Source: Ylistrum balloti
Lineage: Eukaryota
Length of the DNA stretch: 64,000 nucleotides
Direction of reading: 5' to 3'
NCBI RefSeq assembly: GCF_031769215.1
Contig: NW_026782303.1
Span: 310,001-374,000, forward strand
The notes beneath the pieces were generated by a model. That model searched no databases and had not been told where the DNA came from. It worked only from the letters and a program-made list of their open reading frames with translations. Shown one piece after another: positions 13,786 through 25,600 of the stretch (its first letter is position 1; every line of letters starts with the position of its first letter). The translations under genes were made by a program, and so were the position numbers.

Positions 13786-13960
13786 TGTGATGCGGCCGTG
13801 ATTCCGGACCGCCGGACCGGTTTCTATTTTATGTGTTAGACATTGTTGATGTTTTTCCGGTTGTTCGTCGAGTTTTACCGCCATTAAAGGTTGACAAAAC
13901 AAAACTCTGACGAGTTAACATGTCATTGCAAAGGCCTCCTACAAATATTGGAGCACAACA
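13786..13960 (+). repeat. 3' LTR of Gypsy element
   Basis: tgtgatgcggccgtgatt...attggagcacaaca, a direct repeat of 8662-8830. Confidence 0.93.
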
Positions 13961-14075
13961 ATATGAACAAAAGAATGATTTACACAGAGTACAAGTAAAA
14001 TGAGACCAGACGTCCCGGAAGAGTATGCGCCTTCTCCTTCATCATCCGCACCTGTCATGTAAATCTTGGTCAACC
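13961..14075 (+). repeat. Right half of an R1 repeat copy interrupted by the Gypsy insertion (left half ~8610-8661)
   Basis: gaacaaaagaatgatttacacagag..gagaccagacgtcccggaagagtatgcgccttctccttcatc..tgtaaatcttggtca aligns to the R1 copies at 49260-49390 and 35780-35900. Confidence 0.7.
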
Positions 14076-14771
14076 TAGTAAGTTATGATACAATCCCAAT
14101 AAGAACACGTTAAACAACAACGAAACCAACAGGTTTACAGAAAAGTATCAAAGACTATATTCTTTTATTATACTTTTACTTTTCTCTATATTTTTCTATA
14201 GTGAATTAAGTCTGAAATTCTAGATGTTTTCCCCAGACCAATGGTTACCTGTCCACATTTTAATGTTGCCTGCCTGCGTCACAGCTCATTACTGTTCGGT
14301 ACTTCCCGGTCGTTACTCGACAACTTCCGCCAAATTAAATTTACATATGTCTATAATGATTCGTTTTCTTAGATATCAGCTCATGTATAACAAAACAACT
14401 GTAAACAATATTTTTTATGTTGCACACTCGCACCAAACTGTTGCCTGATGCAAAAGTTTAGTTCTATGGTTCAACAAAACACATGTTGACCTCAAATACA
14501 GTCAACAAATCTATTTTGTTAATCTTTCAATTATTTCAACAAACACCGGATAAAGATGTAATCAGACCAGTTACTAAGGTTCATAACACCATCGTGATGA
14601 TAGGACGTCTGAAAGCATCCTTGGAAATACTCAGTGCTCCTCAGTGCAAACACTTCAGTCGCTAGTTCAGTCAAAATTATCGATAAAGCTAAGGTGTAGC
14701 ATATTGGATTTTTTAAAATTTATTTTATGACAGACAGATGAACAAACGATATCATAAAGAAGCTTTATTGA

Positions 14772-17700
14772 GTATGAACAAGAAACGTTTTGTCATAGTT
14801 TGCAGATAAAAAATTGCTTTATTGAGGTTTTGTTGTGTATGAATAAGTTGTGAAGTATGTTGTTACGGGGAATAATTGTATTGAATCAAAATATCGAGGA
14901 TTTACGAGGATCCTAAAATCGAGATTTAAAAGAATCAAATGATTCAATTAAGGACCTTTATATCGAGGTTTTACATTATAAGATTGTGGACCCTTATATC
15001 GAGGTTTTATATTATAAGATTGATGACCCTTATATCGAGGTTTTACATTATAAGATTGATGACCCTTATATCGAGGTTTTACATTATAAGATTGTGGACC
15101 CTTATATCGAGGTTTTATATTATAAGATTGATGACCCTTATATTGAGGTTTTACATTATAAGATTGAGGACCCTTATACCGAAATTTTACATTATAAGAA
15201 TGATGACCCTTATATTGAGGTTTTACATTATAAGATTGTGGACCCTTATATCGAGGTTTTATACTATAAGATTGATGACCCTTATATTGAGGTTTTACAT
15301 TATAAGATTGATGACCCTTATATCGAGGTTTTACATTATAAGATTAAGGACCCTTATATCGAGGTTTTATATTATAAGATTGATGACCCTTATATCGAGG
15401 TTTTACATTATAAGATTAAGGACCCTTATATCGAGGTTTTATATTATAAGATTGATGACCCTTATACCGAGGTTTTACATTATAAGATTGATGACCCTTA
15501 TACCGAGGTTTTACATTATAAGATTGAGGACCCTTATACCGAAATTTTACATTATAAGATTGAGGATCCTTATATCCACACTGTATTGTATATGAACGAG
15601 ATCCCTCATAACCAGGTTGTATTGTGTATGAACGAGGTCTCTCATATCCAGGCTATATTGTTGAACGATGTTCCTCATATCCAGGCTGTATTGTGTATGA
15701 CCGAGGTTCCTCATGTCCAGGCTGTATTTTGTATGAACGATGCCCTCATATCCAGGCTGTATTGTGTATGAACGAGGTCCCTCATATCCAGGCTGTATTG
15801 TGTATGGACGAGGTACCTCATATCCAGGTTGTATTGTGTATGAACGAGGTCCCTCATATCCCGGTGGTATTGTGTATGAACGAGGTCCCTCATAACCAGG
15901 TTGTATTGTGTATGGACGAGGTACCTCATATCCAGGTTGTATTGTGTATGAACCAGGTTCCTCATATCCTGGTTGTATTGTGTATGAACGAGGTCTATCA
16001 TATCCTGGTTGTATTAAGTATGAACGAGGTCCCCCATATCCAGGTTGTATTGTGTATGAACGAGGTACCTCATAACCAGGTTGTATTGTGTATGAACGAG
16101 GTCTCTCATATCCAGGCTATATTGTTGAATGATGTTCCTCATATCCAGGCTGTATTGTGTATGACCGAGGTTCCTCATGTCCAGACTGTATTTTGTATGA
16201 ACGATGCCCTCATATCCAGGCTGTATTGTGTATGAACGAGGTCCCTCATATCCAGGCTGTATTGTGTATGGACGAGGTACCTCATATCCAGGTTGTATTG
16301 TGTATGAACGAGGTCCCTCATAACCAGGTTGTATTGTGTATGGACGAGGTACCTCATATCCAGGTTGTATTGTGTATGAACGAGGTTCCTCATATCCTGG
16401 TTGTATTGTGTATGAACGAGGTCTATCATATCCTGGTTGTATTAAGTATGAACGAGGTCCCCCATATCCAGGCTGTATTGTGTATGAACGAGGTCCCCCA
16501 TATCCAGGCTGTATTGTGTATGAATGAGGTACCTCATATCCAGGCTGTATTTTGTATGAACGAGGAACGTTTCGTCAAAGTTTGCAGATGAAAAATATAG
16601 TTTATTGAGGTTTTGTTGTGTATGAATATGTTGTGAAGTATGTTTTTACTGGGTTTAATTGTATTGAATCAAAATATCAAGGATTTACTACATATGGTGA
16701 GTATTTTCAGTAAGTGAAAATCGGTCCTTATATCGGAGCTTTTACTGTATGTAAACGAGGATCCTAAAATCGAGATTTAAAAGAATAAAATGATTAAATT
16801 AAGGACACTTATACCGATGTTTTATATCATAAGATTGTGGACCCTTATACCGAGGTTTTACATTATAAGATTGATGACCCTTATACCGAGGTTTTACATT
16901 ATAAGATTGATGACCCTTATACCGAGGTTTTACATTATAAGATTGATGACCATTATACCGAGGTTTTACATTATAAGATTGATGACCCTTATACCGAGGT
17001 TTTACATTATAAGATTGATGACCCTTATATCGAGGTTTTACATTATAAGATTGATGACCCTTATATCGAGGTTTTACATTATAAGATTGTGGACCCTTAT
17101 ATTGAGGTTTTATATTATAAGATTGATGACCCTTATATCGAGGTTTTACATTATAAGATTGATGACCCTTATATCGAGGTTTTACATTATAAGATTGATG
17201 ACCCTTTTACCGAGGTTTTATATCATAAGATTGTGGACCCTTATACCGAGGTTTTACATTATAAGATTGATGACCCTTATATCGAGGTTTTACATTATAA
17301 GATTGATGACCCTTATACCGAGGTTTTACATTATAAGATTGATGACCCTTATACCGAGGTTTTACATTATAAGATTGATGACCCTTATACCGAGGTTTTA
17401 CATTATAAGATTGATGACCCTTATACCGAGGTTTTACATTATAAGATTGATGACCCTTATATCGAGGTTTTACATTATAAGATTGATGACCCTTATACCG
17501 AGGTTTCACATTATGAGATTGTGGACCCTCATATCGAGGTTTTACATTATAAGATTATGGACCGTCATATCGAGGTTTTACAGTATAAGATTGTAGACCC
17601 TTATATCGAGGTTTTACATTATAAGATTGTAGACCCTTATATCGAGGTTTTACATTATAAAATTGTAGACCCTTATATCGAGGTTTTACATTATAAGATT

Positions 17701-18864
17701 GTGGACCCTTATATCTAGGTTTTACATTATAAGATTAAGGACCCTTATACCGAGGGTTTACACTATAAGATTGATGACCCTTATACCGAGGTTTTATAGT
17801 ATAAAATTGTGGACCCTTATACCGAGATTTTACATTACAAGATTGTGGACCCTTATACCGAGGTTTTATATCATAAGATTGTGGACCCTTATACCGAGGT
17901 TTTACATTATAAGATTGATGACCCTTATACCGAGGTTTTACATTATAAGATTGATGACCCTTATACCGTGGTTTTATATGATAAGATTGTGGACCCTTAT
18001 ACCGAGGTTTTACATTATAAGATTGTGGACCCTTATACCGGGGTTTTACATTACAAGATTGATGACCCTTATATCGAGGTTTTACATTATAAGATTGATG
18101 ACCCTTTTACCGAGGTTTTATATCATAAGATTGATGACCCTTATACCGAGGTTTTATATTATAAGATTGATGACCCTTATACCGAGGTTTTATATTATAA
18201 TATTGATGACCCTTATACCGAGGTTTTACATTATAAGATTGATGACCCTTATACCGAGGTTTTACATTATAAGATTGAGGACCCTTATATCCAGGCTGTA
18301 TTGTGTATGAACGAGGTCCCTGATATCCAGGTTGTATTGTGTATGAACGAGGTCCCTCATACCCAGGCTGTATTGTGTATGAACGAGGTCCCTCATATCC
18401 AGGCTGTATTGTGTATGAACGAGGTCTATCATATCCTGGCTGTATTGTGTATGAACGAAGTCCCTCATGACCAGGCTGTTTTGTGTATGAACGAGGTCCC
18501 TCATATCCTGGCTGTATTGTGTATGAACGAAGTCCCTCATATCCTGGCTGTATTGTGTATTAACGAGGTCCCTTATGACCAGGCTGTATTGTGTATGAAC
18601 GAGGTCCCTCATATCCTGGCTGTATTGTGTATGAACGAGGTCCCCCATATCCAGGCTGTATTGTGTATGAACGAGGTCCCTCATATCCAGGCTGTATTGT
18701 GTATGAACGAGGTCCTTCATATCCAGATTTTACTATATCAGAAAGCGGACCCTTATATCGAAGTTTCAATGTATATTAACGATAACCCTGATATCCAGAT
18801 TTTACTGTATGAGAAAGAGAGCCTTTATATCGAGGGTTTACTGTACTATCGTGCACTTGTTTAG
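14772..18864. repeat. Composite 36-bp minisatellite: two tandem cassettes of [spacer - A array - B array]
   Basis: A monomer GACCCTTATATCGAGGTTTTACATTATAAGATTGAT (~14952-15580 and ~16800-18290). B monomer GTCCCTCATATCCAGGCTGTATTGTGTATGAACGAG (~15581-16560 and ~18291-18725). The spacer 14772-14950 is repeated at 16558-16800. Diverged 36-bp monomers follow at 18726-18864. Confidence 0.95.
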
Positions 18865-21800
18865 AAATGCTGACTAATCGCCAATATATACAACATATCC
18901 AAGCCAAATTAGACAAATTAATGATGCTGAGTTGTGGGCGAGTAAGTAGATTAACGAGATAGATTTTCATACCATTGATATGTAATGAGCTCATGACTGA
19001 AAGACTCTGTCCCGTTTTTCCTGGCCACACTTAATTAACGTGACTTCGGTAGATATGGTTACCAACACGATGTATACAGCTGTATGCATGTTTCACGGGC
19101 TACTTAGACACAATTTACACATTTCCTTTTTCCTGCATTTATGACCGTTGCAGCCAGGTCCTACATGCAGATATAGATAAATTTTTCATTTCTGATATAC
19201 GGCTTTATCAATTTTTTTCGAAATAAATTTATAGGATAAAAAAAACATACGGAAAATAAATCTAAGGAAACTACAAGACACTGACATAACATATGACGAA
19301 TAGTTAGTGTCGTTCTCTTGTCTGCAGACATCGCGTGCGTTTTGCAATAATATTCTGTCTACCAGTGGCGTTTTACTTATAGATGTTCTATGTAAAAATT
19401 CCTGGTGTAGGATGCTAATATGAGCCACTATCTGTATTCTTCTGGAGTTAAAGATTCTTCTTTTTGTATGACAAGGTTTAAACCAGTGAACAATATTTTT
19501 CTGTTGAAATTCACGTACTGATTGACCTGGTTACTTATCCATGATATCCAAAACCAAAATGTCCTTGTTTATGATCTAGTTAAGATATATCCATCTATTG
19601 ATGTCTACATTGAAATGTGAACATAGAGGAGAAAAATGAATAAAATGGGAAAAAAAAAAAAAAAAAAACAAAGAAAAAAATCACCCTATGTAATGATAAT
19701 TATTGCTATTTACAATTAGCGGACCTATGTATCTCACAAGAAAAAGCTCATAATATACGTCAGCTGAAGTTTATAGCTTATTGTCAAATAAATTCACTAA
19801 GACAATTTACATTTGTGTGAGAACTTCGTTTGCTCTCGCGATAAATTATAATTTACTGAATAGAACATCTTGGAATATTACAACAAAATCATACATCTTC
19901 TTCACGAAACGGCAGTAAATACGACAGAATTGAATTATCATGTCCTTTCTCACACGGTAAAAATTATTACCGGTCTTCTCAATGTCCCCGAAGCTACAAG
20001 CACCACTACGTCTTTATAGCAAGTGTTAATATTCAGTTAGTTTGAATGGAAGGGCAAGTATTTATTTATTTGGTTGTTTGTTGCCTCTGATGAAGACAAT
20101 TGAATAAAGTGAATTGCAGTAAATTGTTCCAGGCTTGTCTTGATGCAGACGTTCATTGCCCGACCTAATGTATATTTTTTGTATTACAGCAGTACAAGTA
20201 AAATGGGGATATTACACTCCCAAATGCTTAGATATAGCCCATCTAAAGAACTGTGTCATCATAATAGATATATTTTTTCAATTAACGAAACATTATAAGC
20301 AAGTCTATGTCTATATCATGATATATTCACATTTACATTTCAAACCGCAAAAAATCAATCTACGAAGTACAATGTTTGCTATGTTCAAAATAATGACTTG
20401 GCTGGTGTAGTTATTTACCAGTTACCTGCAAAGAGTTATTCTTGCTGCAGCCATGTCCTTACTATATAGGTCTTAAATATTTTCGTAATTAAACGGAGAA
20501 ATAAAAGATGGATGATGTAGTGTCATTTTTGTGAATTCTTTAATCTTTATTGACACTCCTACATATTCATTACGGTTGCACTATGAACTTTGTAGGTAAA
20601 CCGATGTGTGTTACACACCATTGGATTTAAAACGCTGAATATCAATACAAGAGGGCATATATAGATTATGTAACGTTCTAGACGCTATAGAATTGTGTTA
20701 CGGATATGTCATTTTAAAAAACACTTCTACGGTATTTCAAGTCAACGAAATTATTCGATGAATTATTCACTGCATTGAAGACGTTGAAAATCTTTACCGG
20801 TATGACTTCTTCGAGATTGTACTGAAGTAAAGTATTAACGTATTGCAGGAATAGAAATTATTTTTTGTTGAAGAAATATTGAAAACACTAAAGTCACCAA
20901 AATGATTACTAATTTGATGACATTGAAACTGTAAAAATGTTCTGAAATTACTTGAAATATTGGACCATTTCAAGCCAGTGGAAATGTCAGCTGAGTTTGA
21001 AATAGTGGTTGATTCGTTCATATTAAATGTTTACTGATTCTTTGTCGTGCTTTTAACTTCAATTTTAAAATGAATTCAGCCGTCGAATCCCACTATAGGT
21101 GTACATATTACGCTTTTACATGCTTGTTGTTTATATAAATATTTCGTTGTAGTGCTTAAATACACTCAGATATTCTGGACGTCATGATTCAGGAAATACC
21201 TATTAACCAATCAAACCTAAGGTTACCAACCATGACGTCATATTTCAAAACAGAAAAAAATTATATGTGTGTAACGTTTGCTATGGAATAGCTGGTCGTA
21301 TTCTCATTGTTCCAAGGGTTGACACGTATACATTTTGTTTGTATATATCCCCCGTAATTCCTCCAGTTTTGTTTGAATGTAAAATTTGTTAATAGTGTTT
21401 GTTCGTTGATATCAGTCATTGTGGATCAAAAGGTAATTATTGATGAACAAAATATTCCTTTAAATTTAAATCCATAGTATGAAAAATTTTCAATTGCATA
21501 ATTGAGAATAAATCTTTCAGAATATAATTGAGTATATATCTTTTCAAGTATGTAACATTTGAACTTTATTCTTAATATTTCTACATTTGTATGCGTGAAA
21601 AATATCCTAAGACTTAAATAAGAACACAGTCACAACGCAGGTATGAAAACAATGTTTAATGCATAAAATGATAAAGGAATATAAAAATCAACAAGATCAA
21701 TTAACTGATGTAAAGCACTTTTTCATTGTTAAATGTAATTTACTTAATACAAACAAAATCTATGTAAACAGTGCCATGTTCAAAGTTTCTAAAATATCGA

Positions 21801-22546
21801 TATATTGGGAGAAACAGAGTACAAAAACTGGTGTAAGAATTTTTGTTGATCTTTAAAGAGTTAAAAACTATTCTTCATCAGGAAACTATGTAATAGATAA
21901 AATAAAATAAATAATTATTATAATACTTTGAAATTATTATGTGATATGTAGTTAGTAAACACGTCATAAGAAAAGTGGAAATAACCTAGATCATTTCGTT
22001 ACATCTACATTTATGTCTGAAAAAAGACATCTCGTCAATGTCGCAGTTCTACAAGTTTGTTCCGTGGAGACTCACCTATTACTAAGAAAACATCACATAA
22101 AATGTTAACTGTGCGTCATAATTTGAATTATTATCTCACAATACCAGATACATGCCAAGTTATACAAACGGCAGAACAAATACTCCAATAAGTTGTAATA
22201 ACTTGTGCCCAATTCCCTTGTTCAAATTTATTTTGGCAATAAAATATGTTTAAACTAAAGAACAAATACTAAAAAGTAACACTATGAATGATTAAAATAA
22301 TATTTGTCATCTTTTGCGTCCTTGACAATTCATCTTTAATAAGTCATATTATGATTCTTGAAATTGTGATTGAAGAGCGTATATGAATCCTATCGTTTTA
22401 TTTCGTTGCAAAGGGAATATTTGAAACTATTCAAATGACCCGTTTGACATGAAAAGTATCACAGATATTCATTAATGAAAAAACACACTGAGACGTTGTT
22501 ATTCTTTCTAGTAGTACAATGCTCTTTCTTAATCTCGTGCCCCTCC

Positions 22547-22614
22547 TTATACGGAAACTGTTCCAGCCACAAAAAGACAGATCAGCATCAGGACGGTTGA
22601 AATCTTTGTGATTG
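22547..22614 (-). CDS. Coding exon 10: hydrophobic C-terminal tail (GPI-signal-like)
   Basis: Acceptor tttaatttcag; (A)[21 protein letters not shown], with no cytoplasmic tail. Confidence 0.8.
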
Positions 22615-25600
22615 CTGAAATTAAACATATCATTTTATGCAAGATTGAATATTTTGTTAATAAATCGTCTCTACAGAACTACAGTGAAACCTCGCTATTA
22701 AGACCACTTTGGGGACTGGACAAAAGTGGTCTTAATAGCGAGGTGGTCTTAATAGTGAGGTGGATCAGATTGACCACAAAGAACCGTAACTCTGTTTAAA
22801 ATAAAGAGTATATATATCATTAAGTAATATACATGTATATTATTCAACAATAATAACTAATAATAATAAACTAAAATGTTGAATTTTATGAAATGCATGT
22901 AAAAAAGACAAAATTGCTGAATTGACAGAAGAATAATTATGTATATATTCCTTAGTTTACATCATAATGTACATTTATATTTACTATTGTAAACATTGAA
23001 TAAAAGGAAACAAACTATCCATTTTAAGTTCAATTGGAATTTAACGTTAATTTTGCAACTATTTCACATAAATTTACGAACACATTTACTCAGTATTTGT
23101 AACAACTTTAATGAAGTCACTATAAAGTCTTTCAACGCTTTATTTTTCACTTAAATTCGCAAACACATTATCTTTATCAGTGTATCACTCAGTACAAATT
23201 TTTCTTTTTACTTAAAAAATGAGTCCAGTGCACAATATTGCGAAGAGCTACGGATCTGGACAGCCTCCTTTCATACGTCCTTTTTACCGATCGCGATAGC
23301 TAGTTTCGTTTCCGTGGTTTCGTCATTGCTTGATAAAGTTCATCGGAGTTTAGTGACAGAGAAAATGTGTCGTAAAAAAATTGGAACACATACACGTCTT
23401 TTTATTGTTCAAACGATATCGAGAGTGTAACATTGCTACAAAAACAGTTAAAAACCCTCGACAACGTGTGCGCGTGCAAGCCAAGGAATATCTGCCGAAA
23501 CGACTACATAATTCACTTTTGGGTAAGCAGGGCTTCTAAGGTGTTAACAGCATACCTACCGATCTATCAATATCTAATTAACAAACAACAGATCGCTATT
23601 AAAACGTGTCTAGCACGCGGTTTCGGACGGGTATGCCAAGTTAATCCGATAATGATGTTTACTTCGTTTAACGCCAGCTGGTGACAGGGTCGGTAACCCG
23701 TGACGAAAACAATGGTCGTGAACGACACACATGTTCGCAGTTCACTGCCCACCAGGTAAACTTTAATCACTGGTCAGACCGTGGTCGTAATTGTGAGGTC
23801 AATTATCGTTAATAAGTGGTCGTTGGGACTGTAGGAAGTGGTCGTAATACGGAATAGCGGGATGGTCGTAATACTGAAGCGACCAATACAAAGATATATA
23901 GTGGAAAAAAACGGGACTGAAAAAAGTGCCCGTAATAGCGGGGTGGTCGTAATTTTGAGGTGGTCGTTAGGTGAGGTTTCATTGCCATAACTCTGAGGTC
24001 AGCAATTATTTGCTCCCATCTTTATGTTATTAACATTTTCCCTTTTCGTACATCAGCCTAGCGTTACCTGTTAATTTTTTTCACGTGTACGTTTCAGTGT
24101 AGATATAAAAGACTATAATTCAAATATGTTCCTTTTACAAGTTACACATATCTCAGTATTGTACGCTATATGAAAGATTGGTTTACCTTCTGTAGCTCCG
24201 GAACCGGCAGCGCCAGCGCCAGCTGAACATGCAGTTGTACATCCCGCATATACTTCCGTTTCGTCACTTCCGTCATCGCAGTCTTCGGAACAGTCGCACT
24301 TAAATGATTCTTCGATACAACTTATGGTTGAGGGATTCGCACACGAAAACCATCCGGAGGGACAATTCTGAAAACATTAATGCTACTTATGAAAAAATGT
24401 AAAATATAGCTGATTATAAGCATATAATGAAATTAGAAAATGAATTTGGAATAACTACAAACCAAAGTAATGTAAGAGTATTTAACCGTATTATCTGGTT
24501 TATGGATGTAGATTTAATCTTCTAGAGTAACATATAGGACAACTTGAATGTAAAAATATAAATATTCCAGAATCAATTAGTTCATCTATATGTTGTTTCT
24601 CAAAATATAAACCTGAAGAGTTTTGTAAATATATTCAACAAGGGACACACAAGGTTGGCAAAAGTCATCACTTTTTACAAGATCGTACAAAAAACGCACA
24701 AATGAATATCACCTCTTTTTGATCATATTCTTTAACAGAATTTACAACAAATATTCTATAAAAATAATGATGACGAAAATCACTTTTCCTTTGCATTTTC
24801 TTTTAAATTGGCGAAATGTCGATATAGAAACGAACCATGGTTACTGTAATGTTATTTAACTTCTTGGAAATTCTTAATGTGAACTGCATCATGTACAGCA
24901 TAGGTATCTTAATCAATTTGCTAATGTAGTTGTTTCATATTTATAGTTTAAATAATCATTACGTAAAAACGCTATTGTATAGATGAAACATCTTTACCGA
25001 CGAAATCTCTCTACTAAGTGCTTATCTGACCTGTACATAGGTGCCAGGGGAAGGGCTCGGGCAGGCAGCAGAGTTACAGGACTGGAACTCGCTAGAATCT
25101 CCAACACACTGGAGGCCACCATTAGCTGGAAGTGGGGAATCACAACTTCGTGCGCGCGACTGCGTTCCTCCTCCACAAGTGACCGTGCACACTCCGTAAG
25201 ATCCCCAAGCTCCCCAATCTCCATCGACTGATTTTAACGCAAGTAAATAAAATATAGCTCATTCAGGAAATCAAATTGCATTAGTGCCATTTATCCAACT
25301 CACTTATGTTTATATTTTACAAAAGAACTCATCATAAATTGTATCAAATTTGAATCATTGAAGTAAGTTAGTAAGTAAATTATGCGGATTCTGAAGTTCT
25401 ACAATCGCATTTTGTCTGAATTTTATCGTTAAAATAAAAAAATAATGTGATCTGATATAAAGGTCACTCTCATTGTAAAATATCAATATACTTACTTATA
25501 CAAACAGCCGTGTTACAATCCTGACTCTCAAAGTCCGTTCCGTTACAACTAGCACCTCCGTGGGCGGGGGAAGGGTTGGTGCAGCTACGGGTTCGATCCT

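Larger units (their letters stand above)
8662..13960 (+). mobile_element. Decayed full-structure Ty3/Gypsy LTR retrotransposon (PR-RT-RH-IN)
   Basis: Two ~170-bp LTRs (TG..CA), PBS, PPT and an ATAT target-site duplication (8658-8661 / 13961-13964). Internal frames give protease VIDTGA, RT (WASPVVLVRKKDG..CVDYRK..FEYNRMPFGL..YLDE), RNase H (LDTDAS..RRELL) and integrase (H-H-C-C, LDIVGP, TDQG, NGQVERFNRTL, KLQPVWKGPF). Multiple stops, frameshifts and deletions. Confidence 0.95.

Noticed and set aside
9837-13902. Antisense and alternative-frame ORFs within the Gypsy element
   Set aside because: Shadow ORFs of GC-richer pol sequence with no independent motifs.
14939-18864. Many long repetitive ORFs on both strands as real proteins
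   Set aside because: Open frames occur in several frames at once, contain stops and frameshifts, and show no third-position bias. Treated as minisatellite artefacts pending expression data.
19638-19668. AATAAA followed by an A21 run (possible retrocopy tail)
   Set aside because: The signal is too close to the A-run, and no upstream ORF or TSD was found.
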